NCBI GenBank assembly: GCA_021155045.1
Contig: JAJNQB010000016.1
Coordinates: 3,109-67,108 of the forward strand
Source of the DNA: Arcticibacter sp.
GTDB taxonomy: Bacteria; Bacteroidota; Bacteroidia; 2-12-FULL-35-15
Reading direction: 5' to 3'
DNA: 64,000 nt
Shown: positions 1 through 9,976 of the stretch, in pieces
Layout of the letters: each line of letters starts with the position of its first letter
Position numbering within the stretch: position 1 is the stretch's first letter
Translations under genes and position numbers: made by a program
The notes under the pieces: generated by a model
The model's input: the letters and a program-made list of their open reading frames with translations, nothing else
The model's database searches: none
Told to the model about the DNA's origin: nothing

Positions 1-183
1 ATGGAGTATAGTTTTGTTTTCATAAAATAGGGGCAATAAAATTTAGAAATCAGATGAGTTTTGTGTTGGTTTAGTTGCATCAAAGGAAATAAAAAAAATA
101 TTAAAAACAAACAAAAATCAAACTAAATGACTTTAAGTAGATTTTAAGTTTTGTTTTTTTAAAAAGTAAAAAATCAGATAGTT

Positions 184-981
184 TTACTCTTTTGTCATTT
201 TTCGCATTAATTTGTAAAACAGTTTAGGAAAATATTGTTTTACGTACACCGAAAATATTTCGTATCCACCAACAAATTTGTGGTTTCGGTTAGATTTAAT
301 GGCTTTTACAATTCCTTTTGCACAATCAATAGCATTCATTCCTTTTTCTTGAGCATCACTTTTAATACCATATTCAGAGCCATCTTCCTTTAAAAGTTTG
401 GTGCTCACATCTGTATTAATAAATCCTGGGCTAACAATTAAAATCTTTATGTTATCATTATAAACTTCTTGTCGCAGTGATTCAAAATAGCCATATAAAG
501 CATGTTTTGAAGCAGAATAAGTTGAATATAGCGGCATTCCATATTTACCCATTATGCTGCTAATAACTACTATTTTTCCACTTTTTTGTTTTTGCATTTG
601 TTTCGCTACAGCTTTGGTTAAATTAATCGTTCCAAAAAAGTTTACTTCCATTACCTTTCTGTCAATTTCAGTAGAAGTGTTTACCACTTTTGTGCGGTGT
701 CCCATACCGCTATTGTTTATTATAACATCAATACTTCCAAATTTTTTAATTACAGTATTTACTTTTTCATCTATTGCATCAAGTTTTTCCAAATCCAATG
801 GAAGAATAAGAATTTTGCTTTTATCTATTTTACAATTTTCTGCAACTCGTTCTAATTCATTAATTCTTCTTGCTGATAATACTAATTGAGCTCCTTCTGC
901 TGCACAAACATAAGCCAAAGCCTCTCCAATACCTGAAGATGCCCCCGTAATCCAAACTGTTTTGTTATTAATAGAATTCAT
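184..981 (-). CDS. SDR family short-chain dehydrogenase/reductase
   Basis: Rossmann motif TGASSGIGEA near the N-terminus, and the catalytic YxxxK (YSASK) and NSG motifs are present. The ORF-track start 1053 adds 24 aa ahead of the motif; M at 981 (MNSINNKTVWITG) is the more likely start. Confidence 0.85.
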   Translation of the reverse strand: MNSINNKTVWITGASSGIGEALAYVCAAEGAQLVLSARRINELERVAENCKIDKSKILILPLDLEKLDAIDEKVNTVIKKFGSIDVIINNSGMGHRTKVVNTSTEIDRKVMEVNFFGTINLTKAVAKQMQKQKSGKIVVISSIMGKYGMPLYSTYSASKHALYGYFESLRQEVYNDNIKILIVSPGFINTDVSTKLLKEDGSEYGIKSDAQEKGMNAIDCAKGIVKAIKSNRNHKFVGGYEIFSVYVKQYFPKLFYKLMRKMTKE

Positions 982-1088
982 AAAAATTGCATTATTTCCC
1001 AAAAATAGCAATTTGATACCGTTTATGTAATAATTTAGAACTAAAACAAACAATTTATTAAGTTTGTAATCCTATAAATAATAAAAAT

Positions 1089-2927
1089 ATGAGAAAATAT
1101 CAGCATTTGATTTTTGTAAGTTTATTTTTTGTTAATGCAGCATGCAATAATCAAGAAAATAAAAATTCAGAAAAAAATTATACTTCGGAACAAATAAAAG
1201 AAGAAACAGAAAAAGCAAATGCATTTTTTGATAAAGTATTTGATTCAAAAGTTGATAGGGACCCAATGCAACAGTCTCTTCTGGGTATTAAAAAAGATTA
1301 CGATAAATGGACGGATGAAAGCGATGAAAATGCTCAAAAAGAATTAGAAATAACAAAATCTAATTTGGATTCATTACATCAATTAATTAATTACGATGCT
1401 TTGGATGAGCAAGCTAAAATTAGTTACCGCCTTTTTGAAGATGCTTGCAAACAATCCATCGAAAATTTTAAATGGCGTTTTCATTCATATCCTATTAACC
1501 AAATGAGTGGTATTCACACTGAATTGCCAGCATTTTTAATTAATGTTCATACCGTAGAAAATAAAAAAGAGGCAGAAGATTATATTTCCAGATTAAATGG
1601 TGTATTGCCTTTGTTTAAGCAAGTGATGGTTAATTTAAAAATAAGAGAAGAAAAAAATATCATTCCTCCAAAATTTGTTATTCCTCTTGTTATAAATGAT
1701 TGTAAAAGCATTGTAAGCGGAAAACCTTTTGATACCTCTAAAGAGATAAACCCATTAATGCAAGATATTACGGATAAAATAAATGCTTTAAAAGATTTAG
1801 ATGAAACAACAAAAAAAGCATTAATCGCAAAAGCCTCTGAAGCATTAATTAATTCAGTTAAACCTGCTTACGATATGATAAAAAAGTATTTTGTTGAGTT
1901 GGATAAAAAAGCAACAACAGATGATGGCGCATGGAAATTTCCTGAAGGAGATAGTTATTATGATGCAGCATTAAAACAAACAACAACAACAAATTTAACG
2001 GCTGATGAGATATATGAATTAGGCTTAAAAGAAGTAGCACGCATTCACGATGAAATGCGAGTTATTATGAAAAAAGTAAATTTCAAAAGCGATAATTTAA
2101 AAGCGTTTTTTGATTTTATGCGTACTGATAAACAGTTTTATTTTTCTAATACTGCCGAAGGAAAAGAAGCTTACAGAGTAAAAGCGGTTAAAATTATTGA
2201 CAGTATGAAAGGGAAATTAGATGGTTTGTTTATTACAAAACCTAAAGCAGACATTGTAGTTATGCCTGTTGAAGCATTTCGTGAAAAGTCTGCTGGTGGC
2301 GCTTTTTATGAAGATCCTGCTGTGGATGGTTCTCGCCCAGGAAGGTATTATATCAATTTATACAACATGGCAGACCAAGCAATTTATCAAATGGAAGCAT
2401 TAGCCTATCACGAAGGAATACCTGGACATCACATGCAAATTGCAATAGCACAAGAATTAACTACCGTACCAAAATTTAGAAAACATGGTGGTAATACTGC
2501 TTATATCGAAGGTTGGGCATTGTATTCTGAGCTGGTACCAAAAGAATTAGGTTTTTATTCTGATCCATATTCTGATTTTGGACGATTAGCAATGGAGCTT
2601 TTCAGAGCTGCTCGTTTGGTTGTGGATACTGGAATACATCGCAAAAAATGGACAAGAGAAAAAGCATTAGCTTACTTTAATGAAAATACTCCAAACCCTG
2701 AAGGTGATAATAAAAAAGAAATTGAACGCTATATTGTATGGCCATCACAAGCAACAGGATATAAAATTGGTATGATTAAAATTTTAGAATTAAGAGAAAA
2801 AGCAAAACAAACGTTGGGGGTAAAGTTTGATATCAGAGAATTCCATGATGTAGTTTTAACATCAGGACCTGTTCCGATGAATGTGCTGGAAGAAATGGTA
2901 AATACATGGGTGGAAAAGAAAAGTTAA
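1089..2927 (+). CDS. DUF885 family lipoprotein (putative metallo-hydrolase-like)
   Basis: 612 aa with a signal peptide and lipobox (FFVNAAC). Characteristic HEGIPGHHMQ motif and overall length typical of DUF885 proteins. Confidence 0.75.
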   Translation: MRKYQHLIFVSLFFVNAACNNQENKNSEKNYTSEQIKEETEKANAFFDKVFDSKVDRDPMQQSLLGIKKDYDKWTDESDENAQKELEITKSNLDSLHQLINYDALDEQAKISYRLFEDACKQSIENFKWRFHSYPINQMSGIHTELPAFLINVHTVENKKEAEDYISRLNGVLPLFKQVMVNLKIREEKNIIPPKFVIPLVINDCKSIVSGKPFDTSKEINPLMQDITDKINALKDLDETTKKALIAKASEALINSVKPAYDMIKKYFVELDKKATTDDGAWKFPEGDSYYDAALKQTTTTNLTADEIYELGLKEVARIHDEMRVIMKKVNFKSDNLKAFFDFMRTDKQFYFSNTAEGKEAYRVKAVKIIDSMKGKLDGLFITKPKADIVVMPVEAFREKSAGGAFYEDPAVDGSRPGRYYINLYNMADQAIYQMEALAYHEGIPGHHMQIAIAQELTTVPKFRKHGGNTAYIEGWALYSELVPKELGFYSDPYSDFGRLAMELFRAARLVVDTGIHRKKWTREKALAYFNENTPNPEGDNKKEIERYIVWPSQATGYKIGMIKILELREKAKQTLGVKFDIREFHDVVLTSGPVPMNVLEEMVNTWVEKKS

Positions 2928-2953
2928 AAAAAATGATTTAAAAGTTGAAAAAA

Positions 2954-3009
2954 GAGGGTAGTTAAGAATTAAAATTGACACTTGGCATTGAACAACAAAA
3001 CAATGAACT
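2954..3009. repeat. possible degenerate, internally deleted copy of the MITE-like element
   Basis: gagggtagttaagaattaaaattgaca...attgaac...gaacta resembles the 5' end (aagggtagttctaaaaattaacatttt) and 3' end (attgaaaaaac...agaact) of the elements at 42298, 49654 and 53961, but lacks the central hairpin. Confidence 0.2.
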
Positions 3010-3018
3010 AATTAGTCC

Positions 3019-3054
3019 GTTCTCGATATGCTCGCTCCTCGCACTAAAACTGAC
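3019..3054 (-). repeat. diverged inverted copy of the 50 bp intergenic repeat found upstream of rpsO
   Basis: Minus-strand reading gtcagttttagtgcgaggagcgagcatatcgagaac is about 80% identical to gtcagttcgagtagcgaggaacgagtgtatcgagaac (14812-14848 and 14970-15006). It is preceded by taaac and followed by ggac (plus-strand flanks gtttac / gtcc). Confidence 0.45.
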
Positions 3055-3084
3055 GTTTACTAATGAACAAACAAACCAATAAAC

Positions 3085-4200
3085 ATGGCTAAAAAACAAG
3101 CAACAAAAAAAACAAGCAAATCAATTTTAACGAATAATTCGGTTGATTTTTTGCATAAATATTTAAATAATCCTTCTCCCACAGGTTTTGAGAGTGAAGG
3201 GCAAAAGCTTTGGCTTAATTATATCAAACCATACATTGATGATTTTTTTGTAGATAATTATGGAACTGCTGTTGGTGTAATAAATCCAAAAGCGGAATTT
3301 AAAGTTGTGATTGAAGCGCATGCCGATGAAATATCCTGGTTTGTTCATTATATCACAAACGATGGGTTTATTTATTTGCGTAGAAATGGCGGTAGCGACC
3401 ACATGATTGCGCCTTCAAAGCGCGTGAATATTCATACTGATAAAGGAATTGTAAAAGCAATATTTGGGTGGCCTGCTATCCATGTTCGTGATGCCGCAAA
3501 AGAAGAACCACCATCATTAAAAAATATTTTTCTTGATTGCGGATGTTCAACTAAAAAAGAAGTTGAAGCACTAGGGATTCATGTTGGATGTGTTGTTACG
3601 TACGAAGATGAATTTATGGTTTTAAATAACAAATATTATGTTGGAAGAGCCTTAGATAACAGAATAGGCGGGTTTATGATTGCTGAAGTAGCTCGTTTAT
3701 TAAAAGAAAGCAAAACTAAATTACCTTTTGGTTTATATATAACTAATTCTGTTCAAGAAGAAGTAGGTTTGCGTGGAGCAGAAATGATTACACAAACAAT
3801 TAAACCAAATGTTGCTATCATCACAGATGTTTGTCATGACACACAATCACCCATGATGAATAAAATTTCAAGTGGTGATTTATCATGTGGTAATGGTCCA
3901 GTATTAACGTATGGACCTGCAGTTCAAAATAATCTTTTAAAATTAGTTATTGATGCCGCAACAAAAAGCAAAATACCTTTTCAACGTGCAGCAGCGTCAA
4001 GGGCTACTGGAACCGATACTGATGCTTTTGCTTATTCAGTTGGCGGTGTTCCTTCAGCATTGATTTCGTTGCCATTGCGCTATATGCATACTACCGTAGA
4101 AAGCGTTCATAAAGATGATGTTGAAAATGTAATCAAACTTATTTTACAATCATTAAAAGCAATAAAAAATAACCACGATTTTAAATACATTAAAAAATAA
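3085..4200 (+). CDS. M42 family metallopeptidase (glutamyl aminopeptidase / FrvX-like)
   Basis: 371 aa. HADEI metal-binding motif, and EEVGLRGA and ITDVCHD motifs typical of M42 aminopeptidases. Confidence 0.8.
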   Translation: MAKKQATKKTSKSILTNNSVDFLHKYLNNPSPTGFESEGQKLWLNYIKPYIDDFFVDNYGTAVGVINPKAEFKVVIEAHADEISWFVHYITNDGFIYLRRNGGSDHMIAPSKRVNIHTDKGIVKAIFGWPAIHVRDAAKEEPPSLKNIFLDCGCSTKKEVEALGIHVGCVVTYEDEFMVLNNKYYVGRALDNRIGGFMIAEVARLLKESKTKLPFGLYITNSVQEEVGLRGAEMITQTIKPNVAIITDVCHDTQSPMMNKISSGDLSCGNGPVLTYGPAVQNNLLKLVIDAATKSKIPFQRAAASRATGTDTDAFAYSVGGVPSALISLPLRYMHTTVESVHKDDVENVIKLILQSLKAIKNNHDFKYIKK

Positions 4201-4258
4201 TCTTCAATAAAATTTTTTAATGCTTTAATTTCTTATTTTAGCCCTAAATTATATAGCT

Positions 4259-5113
4259 ATGGTGCCTAAAAAAATATTACTTTCAGTTTCTTTGATTGCA
4301 TCATTGTTTTATTCTTGTAGTGATGATAATTCATCAAAGGAAATTCAAAATATTGTAGATACAACAGCACAGAAAAATGATACTGTTGATAGTTTTACAC
4401 AATTCAAATACGATATGGTTATTAGTAATATCCCATTTCCATTTGAAATGTTAGATAAATTATATTCTGCTAAAATTCCATTTAGCCAAATGTCTATGAA
4501 TCCATCTTCCAATGTATCTAAGTATAGTCAGTATAATGCTAAAGCATTGGGTTTAGGTGTTTATGGAGCAGATTTATCCTATGCTGTTACCTATGAACAA
4601 TTTCAACAAATTGGTTCTTATGTAAAAAACACCAAAAAATTAGCAGAAGAATTAAATATTCCAATGGCTTTTAATCAGGAAATGATGGATAAATACACGA
4701 AATTCAAAGACAATAAAGATTCTTTGGCTCGTGTTGTTTATGATTCATATACCGAAGTAGATAAGACACTTAAAAACAATGAACGAGTAGGAATGGCAAG
4801 CTTGGTGGTAGTGGGTAGTTGGATTGAAGGATTATTTCTTACAACCAAAACGTTTGTAAATGCTCCTAATCATGAAAATAAAAAAGAGATTTATGATATT
4901 GTTTGGAAACAAAAATTACATTTAGATAATATCATTAAACTTTTAGAAGAGTTTAAAAACGAAAAACCTTTTGCTGATATATTAGCCGATTTAACAGATA
5001 TTAAATCACTATTTAGTAATTTAGAAAAGGGTTCGGAGTTAAACGAAAAAGAAATTATTTTGCTTCAGCAAAAAGTTGAAAAACTTAGAAATAAGTTTGT
5101 AGCAGGAATGTAA
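4259..5113 (+). CDS. hypothetical lipoprotein (family shared with 42491..43360)
   Basis: Signal peptide plus lipobox (LFYSCSD). Clear paralogy to 42491..43360 (ALGLGVYGADLSYAVTYEQ vs ALNLGVYSADLSYTVLNKQ; C-terminal EKLRNKFVAGM vs EELRTKFIKG). Confidence 0.55.
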   Translation: MVPKKILLSVSLIASLFYSCSDDNSSKEIQNIVDTTAQKNDTVDSFTQFKYDMVISNIPFPFEMLDKLYSAKIPFSQMSMNPSSNVSKYSQYNAKALGLGVYGADLSYAVTYEQFQQIGSYVKNTKKLAEELNIPMAFNQEMMDKYTKFKDNKDSLARVVYDSYTEVDKTLKNNERVGMASLVVVGSWIEGLFLTTKTFVNAPNHENKKEIYDIVWKQKLHLDNIIKLLEEFKNEKPFADILADLTDIKSLFSNLEKGSELNEKEIILLQQKVEKLRNKFVAGM

Positions 5114-5115
5114 GA

Positions 5116-5817
5116 TTAAATAATATCGAATAGGTTATTCACTCCAATTACTTTTTCAACTGTAAATGCTTCTGCATATTCAAAACCCGCATCTCTGCCA
5201 TATACAGCCATTTTACCTTTTACCACATCCATGAAATTTTTAACTGAAATTGGCGATTCAGGTTCTTTTGAATTAGGATTATAAAATTGTGATTTGAATG
5301 CTGCAATTGCTTCCATTTTTTTGTCCACAAACGCAGTAACATCTATTACAAAATCAGGTTTTATATTTCTATCTTGTATGTAATGATAAATAGCTTTTGG
5401 TCTCCAAGCTTCTTGATTGGTTTCTATTTTAATTAAGCCACTATAAAAACAAGCTTCGGAAACAAGTTGGGAGGCTCTACCATGGTCGGGATGGCGGTCA
5501 AAAACTGCATTACATAAAATAACTTCTGGTTGGTATTCTCTAATGATTTTAATGATTTCCAATTGATGCTCTTTATCGTTTTTGAAAAAACCATCAGCCA
5601 TTTTTAAATTTTTTCTAATGCTTACGCCTAAAATTTTTGCTGCATCATCAGCTTCTTTCAGCCTTAATTCGGCACTTCCGCGCGTTCCTAATTCGCCAGC
5701 AGTTAAATCTAAAATGCCACATTTTTTTCCGAGAGCAATGTGCTTTAATAATGTTCCAGAACACGAAAGTTCTACATCATCAGGGTGAACACCAATTGCG
5801 AGTACATCTAATTTCAT
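5116..5817 (-). CDS. bshB1: bacillithiol biosynthesis deacetylase BshB1 (LmbE/PIG-L family)
   Basis: N-terminal HPDDVE motif of PIG-L/LmbE deacetylases and an HPDH motif. The size (233 aa) matches BshB1. Confidence 0.75.
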   Translation of the reverse strand: MKLDVLAIGVHPDDVELSCSGTLLKHIALGKKCGILDLTAGELGTRGSAELRLKEADDAAKILGVSIRKNLKMADGFFKNDKEHQLEIIKIIREYQPEVILCNAVFDRHPDHGRASQLVSEACFYSGLIKIETNQEAWRPKAIYHYIQDRNIKPDFVIDVTAFVDKKMEAIAAFKSQFYNPNSKEPESPISVKNFMDVVKGKMAVYGRDAGFEYAEAFTVEKVIGVNNLFDII

Positions 5818-5829
5818 TTAATCACAAAG

Positions 5830-6603
5830 TTATAATATTCCAGCAATCATTAAAACAGCAAAAATAAATAGCATTATAGCGACAAATTTTTGGAGTGAAT
5901 GAATGGTTACTTTTTTAATAAGTTTTATTCCTAAAAAAGCTCCTGCAAATGCAGATAGTGTTGCTGCAATTACAATTGGAAAATTCAATTGCGATTGTAC
6001 TTTTAAAATATTTGCAGTATAAACAGCCAATCGAGTAGTGTCAATAAATACGGCAATTACAATACCAGTGGCAATAAATTGTTCTTTTGTAAGCCCAGCT
6101 TTAATTAAAAATGCACTTCTTAATGCCCCTTGATTTCCCGATAATCCACCAAAAAAACCGCTTAAAAAACCACCAATAGGAAGATATTTTTTATCAAATT
6201 CTATTTTTGTTAGTGTAGGTAAAAAATCCATCAGCACAAAAAATATTAATAAACAACCTATGATTAATTTTATAGGCATTATCGTTGCTGTTTTTTCAAA
6301 GATAGTGTATGTGTAAATTGGTGCTAAGTCGGATAGCTGAACCAATAAATAAGCACCAATAAAAGATGCAATTATGGATGGCACACCAAATTTTAATAAA
6401 ACGTCTTTATTGAGTTTTTTACCCAACAAAATAAGTTTGAAAATACCATTAAAAAAATGAACAATGGCAGTTAATGCAATTGCAATATCAATTGGAAAAA
6501 ACAGAACAAAAACAGGAGTTAGAATTGTGCCTAAGCCAAAACCTGAAAAGAAAGTAAGGCCTGAGCCTAAAAAAGCAACTAAACAAATTATTAAATAATC
6601 CAT
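5830..6603 (-). CDS. TSUP (TauE/SafE) family membrane transporter
   Basis: 257 aa, about 8 TM segments with a two-halves repeat and glycine-rich GGxxSGxxG-like motif (FLSGFFGGLSGNQGALRS). Confidence 0.75.
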   Translation of the reverse strand: MDYLIICLVAFLGSGLTFFSGFGLGTILTPVFVLFFPIDIAIALTAIVHFFNGIFKLILLGKKLNKDVLLKFGVPSIIASFIGAYLLVQLSDLAPIYTYTIFEKTATIMPIKLIIGCLLIFFVLMDFLPTLTKIEFDKKYLPIGGFLSGFFGGLSGNQGALRSAFLIKAGLTKEQFIATGIVIAVFIDTTRLAVYTANILKVQSQLNFPIVIAATLSAFAGAFLGIKLIKKVTIHSLQKFVAIMLFIFAVLMIAGIL

Positions 6604-6609
6604 CTAAAA

Positions 6610-7155
6610 TTAATTCCCATTATTTATCCATTGTTCTATTTTACTTCCGATTGGCTTTTCTCCTGAATACGCAACATCTATAAGGTTTCCTTTTTCATCA
6701 ATCATGTATTTTTGAAAATTCCATTTCACCGATGAATCCATTTTTCCATTCAATGCTTTTTCGGTAAGCCATTTATATACAGCATGCATATCATCTCCTT
6801 TAACAGAAATTTTTTCCATCATCACGAATGTAACACCATAATTTTTTTTGCAAAATTCTTCTATCTCTGAATTTGAACCAGGCTCTTGTTTCATAAAGTT
6901 ATTTGCAGGAAAGCCAATAATTATAAAGTTTTTGTCTTTATATGTTTGATACAATTTTTCCAAATCTTCGTATTGTGGAGTATAACCACATTTTGATGCT
7001 GTATTTACAATAAGAATTTTTTTGCCTTTTAAATCAGAAAAGGCAAAATCTTTACCGTCAATGGTTTTAGCCTTTAAATCATAAAAGGATTGGGGGGCTT
7101 GCACAAACGACAAAAAAACGGTTGCAATTAAAATAACAGATAAAATATTTTTCAT
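6610..7155 (-). CDS. glutathione peroxidase family protein (secreted/periplasmic)
   Basis: Signal peptide. Active-site region NTASKCGYTPQY with the FPANNF and KWNFQK(Y) motifs of GPx. Confidence 0.85.
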   Translation of the reverse strand: MKNILSVILIATVFLSFVQAPQSFYDLKAKTIDGKDFAFSDLKGKKILIVNTASKCGYTPQYEDLEKLYQTYKDKNFIIIGFPANNFMKQEPGSNSEIEEFCKKNYGVTFVMMEKISVKGDDMHAVYKWLTEKALNGKMDSSVKWNFQKYMIDEKGNLIDVAYSGEKPIGSKIEQWINNGN

Positions 7156-7260
7156 GATGAGAATAGATTGGTTTGTAAAATACTTAACAAATTTAATGCT
7201 ATTAAGTTTAGAATCGGTTTTAAATCAATAATTTTGTGTTAAATCTAAAAAAAATAATTT

Positions 7261-8391
7261 ATGCATTTAAGCTATTGGGAAAATAATACCTATTTCCATT
7301 CTGTTGATGTAGCAATCATTGGAAGCGGAATTGTTGGTTTAAGTGCTGCACTAAGTCTTAAGAAAAAAAACAAAAAACAAAAAATAATAATCCTTGAAAG
7401 AGGTTTTTTGCCGATGGGTGCTAGCTCAAAAAATGCAGGTTTTGCATGTTTTGGTAGTGCTAGCGAATTGTTAGATGATTTAAAAACACATTCCGAATCA
7501 GAAGTGGGAGCATTGGTTGAAAAACGTTGGAATGGATTGCAAAGATTGACCAATAATCTGGGTAAAAAAAATATTGATTTTCATAATTGGGGCGGATATG
7601 AAGTGTTTGATTCAAATTCAGAATTTAATAGATGTGCTGATAAAATTGATTATTTAAATAAGTTAACCAAACCAATAATTGGAAAATCAAAAATATATAA
7701 AGTAGCCGATGATAAAATAAAAACATTTGGATTTAAAGGAGTACATCATTTGATATTAAACACAGCGGAAGGGCAAATTGATACAGGAAAGATGATTAGC
7801 ACCTTAATAAATAAAGTTAGGGATTTAGGAGTAGAAATTATAAATGGTTTTTCTGTTAAAACAATTAACGATGATGCAAACAGAGTTGAAATAATTTCAG
7901 AAAATGATTTTGCTTTTAAAGTTAAAAAAGTAATTGTGGCAACAAATGGTTTTGCTCAACAATTACTACCAAAATATGATGTTCAGCCAGCTAGAGCGCA
8001 AGTAATCATTACGCAACCAATTAAAAATTTAAAACTGAAAGGCACATTCCATTATCAAAGTGGATATTATTATTTTAGAAATGTTGGTGATAGAATATTA
8101 TTTGGCGGAGGAAGAAATTTAGATTTTGAAACTGAAAAAACATCCGATTTTGGTTTAACAGATGTGGTGCAAAATAAATTGGAAGACATGTTACAAAAAA
8201 TGATTATTCCATACACTAAACCTCATATTGATATGCGTTGGAGTGGAATAATGGGAGTTGGAAAACAAAAAAAATCAATCGTTAAAGTGGTTTCTAAAAA
8301 TATTTTTTGTGCTGTTCGTATGGGAGGAATGGGTGTTGCTATTGGTAGTTTGGTAGGAGAGGAAGTTGCAGAATTGTTATTAGAAAGCTAA
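7261..8391 (+). CDS. FAD-dependent oxidoreductase (DAO family)
   Basis: N-terminal dinucleotide-binding motif VAIIGSGIVGLSAALSL. 376 aa. Confidence 0.75.
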   Translation: MHLSYWENNTYFHSVDVAIIGSGIVGLSAALSLKKKNKKQKIIILERGFLPMGASSKNAGFACFGSASELLDDLKTHSESEVGALVEKRWNGLQRLTNNLGKKNIDFHNWGGYEVFDSNSEFNRCADKIDYLNKLTKPIIGKSKIYKVADDKIKTFGFKGVHHLILNTAEGQIDTGKMISTLINKVRDLGVEIINGFSVKTINDDANRVEIISENDFAFKVKKVIVATNGFAQQLLPKYDVQPARAQVIITQPIKNLKLKGTFHYQSGYYYFRNVGDRILFGGGRNLDFETEKTSDFGLTDVVQNKLEDMLQKMIIPYTKPHIDMRWSGIMGVGKQKKSIVKVVSKNIFCAVRMGGMGVAIGSLVGEEVAELLLES

Positions 8392-9843
8392 CTAAGGAGC
8401 ATATTCATAAGCACCCAAATCAGGAATGCCACTTCTTAAATTTCCGTTCAAATCAAAAGGAATATTTATAGATGTATCACCCGCATCAATAGATGGAGAG
8501 CTGGTATTTATTCTGTAATCATTTGCTCCAGTATCTTTGAAAAGTGGATTAAAATTTTTTAAGATGGAAGTATAAAAACTAGGATTTGTTGTATTTAATG
8601 CTGTTTTTAAGATGCATGAATTGAATTTATACTTCATGTAAAAACCGCTTCCAACAGCAGTTGTAGAATCTATCGCAATTTCATCGCTAATGGTTCCAAA
8701 CAAAATACAATTACCAAAATAGCAACTGTCCATTGGTCTTACAAACAAAGTGCTTCCGCTGGTATAATAATTATTTAATGCAAGAATAGGAGTAGTTCTG
8801 TTGTCTTCAGTCCAGAAATTTGCAAAGGTGCATTGTTCAAATTTGTATTTTCCTCCGAGTGTTAATGCTGCAACATATTGCCCGCAATTAGCAAAAACAC
8901 AATTGTTGCTCCAAATGTGAGCGCCTTGTCCGTACAGTGCTGCTGCTTGCATATTTTTTATAATTGTGTTTGATAATTTAACTGTTGGTGTTCCTGGAGT
9001 AACAACTGTATCTACTTGCAAGCCTATGGCGCCATTTTTTATGATAGCATAATTAATAATATTGTTTTTACTTCCTGCCATCAAATGTATTTTTCCCCAT
9101 TGCCCCGCCAAATCTTTATAATCGGGTTCCAATCGACTTCCTTGTATTACTACTTCGTTGTTTTTGATTCCATTAATAATGAGTGTCCCATCTTTATAAA
9201 CGGCTAGTACTGCATTTTTATATAAATGAACGCGCGTTCCCTGTTGCATGGTAAGTGTGCAAGCAGAATCGACAAAAGCATACCCAAAAATTAAATGCGG
9301 CTTATCATTTGTCCATACATCATTACAAGTTATAATAGAATAAGCGGGGAAACCATTTGTAGGAAAATTGGTTGGTTTGTGCAAATAAACATCTTGACCA
9401 ATAGCAACCAACTTTACATCTTGTATGTTTCCATTTGTTTCAAATAAAATAGAATCTTTTATAATTAACGGAGAATTAATTCCTGTAGGGTCCACAGTTA
9501 CTTGTACAAAAACAAATAAACTATCACCAGCAAGTATTTCTACATCGTTTATAATTGGGTTTGAAGGAGAAGTATAAAATCCATCAACATTTATTCTGTA
9601 TTGTGAATTTACTCCAGCACCTAAATATATTTTAGAAATATTTAATGGTTGTTTATGTTTATTATAAATTCTAAAACTTTTAGTGGTGGAACCTACTTGT
9701 GTAAAAACAGTATCAAACATTACTGAATCTTTTGAAAATGCCAGTTTAGCATTTGGGTCGGTTAATAATTCATCTTTTTTACAAGAAGAAAGTAAGAGGG
9801 AAGTAAAAAGTAAAAGTAAACCTAATCGTTTTAAAACATTCAT
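8392..9843 (-). CDS. hypothetical lipoprotein with right-handed beta-helix-like repeats
   Basis: Lipoprotein signal (LLLSSCKK). The N-terminal DUF1573-like Ig region is followed by repetitive N/G-rich segments typical of parallel beta-helix proteins. The ORF-track start 9858 adds 5 aa; M at 9843 begins the signal peptide. Confidence 0.5.
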   Translation of the reverse strand: MNVLKRLGLLLLFTSLLLSSCKKDELLTDPNAKLAFSKDSVMFDTVFTQVGSTTKSFRIYNKHKQPLNISKIYLGAGVNSQYRINVDGFYTSPSNPIINDVEILAGDSLFVFVQVTVDPTGINSPLIIKDSILFETNGNIQDVKLVAIGQDVYLHKPTNFPTNGFPAYSIITCNDVWTNDKPHLIFGYAFVDSACTLTMQQGTRVHLYKNAVLAVYKDGTLIINGIKNNEVVIQGSRLEPDYKDLAGQWGKIHLMAGSKNNIINYAIIKNGAIGLQVDTVVTPGTPTVKLSNTIIKNMQAAALYGQGAHIWSNNCVFANCGQYVAALTLGGKYKFEQCTFANFWTEDNRTTPILALNNYYTSGSTLFVRPMDSCYFGNCILFGTISDEIAIDSTTAVGSGFYMKYKFNSCILKTALNTTNPSFYTSILKNFNPLFKDTGANDYRINTSSPSIDAGDTSINIPFDLNGNLRSGIPDLGAYEYAP

Positions 9844-9976
9844 CACACAAATATACATATTGAGGCTTTATAACGAATAAAATAGAAATTTATTTTATGA
9901 AAATAAAAACGAAATATGACGTATTGTCGTAGAAAATGAAATCGGTACAAAACTTGCCGATAGCCCTTGATAAATT

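Noticed and set aside
554-889. 111 aa ORF on the plus strand inside the SDR gene, and similar antisense or embedded ORFs (1858-2040, 3163-3402, 5582-5867, 15885-16284, 17185-17666, 18369-18716, 18882-19232, 22149-22816, 38217-38750, 41352-41715, 42753-43149, 46396-46668, 48687-49208, 61550-61918 and others)
   Set aside because: Each lies entirely within, and antisense to or out of frame with, a CDS that has strong family-level sequence signatures. Their low-complexity, Leu/Ile/Phe-rich composition is what AT-rich antisense frames produce. No independent evidence of coding.
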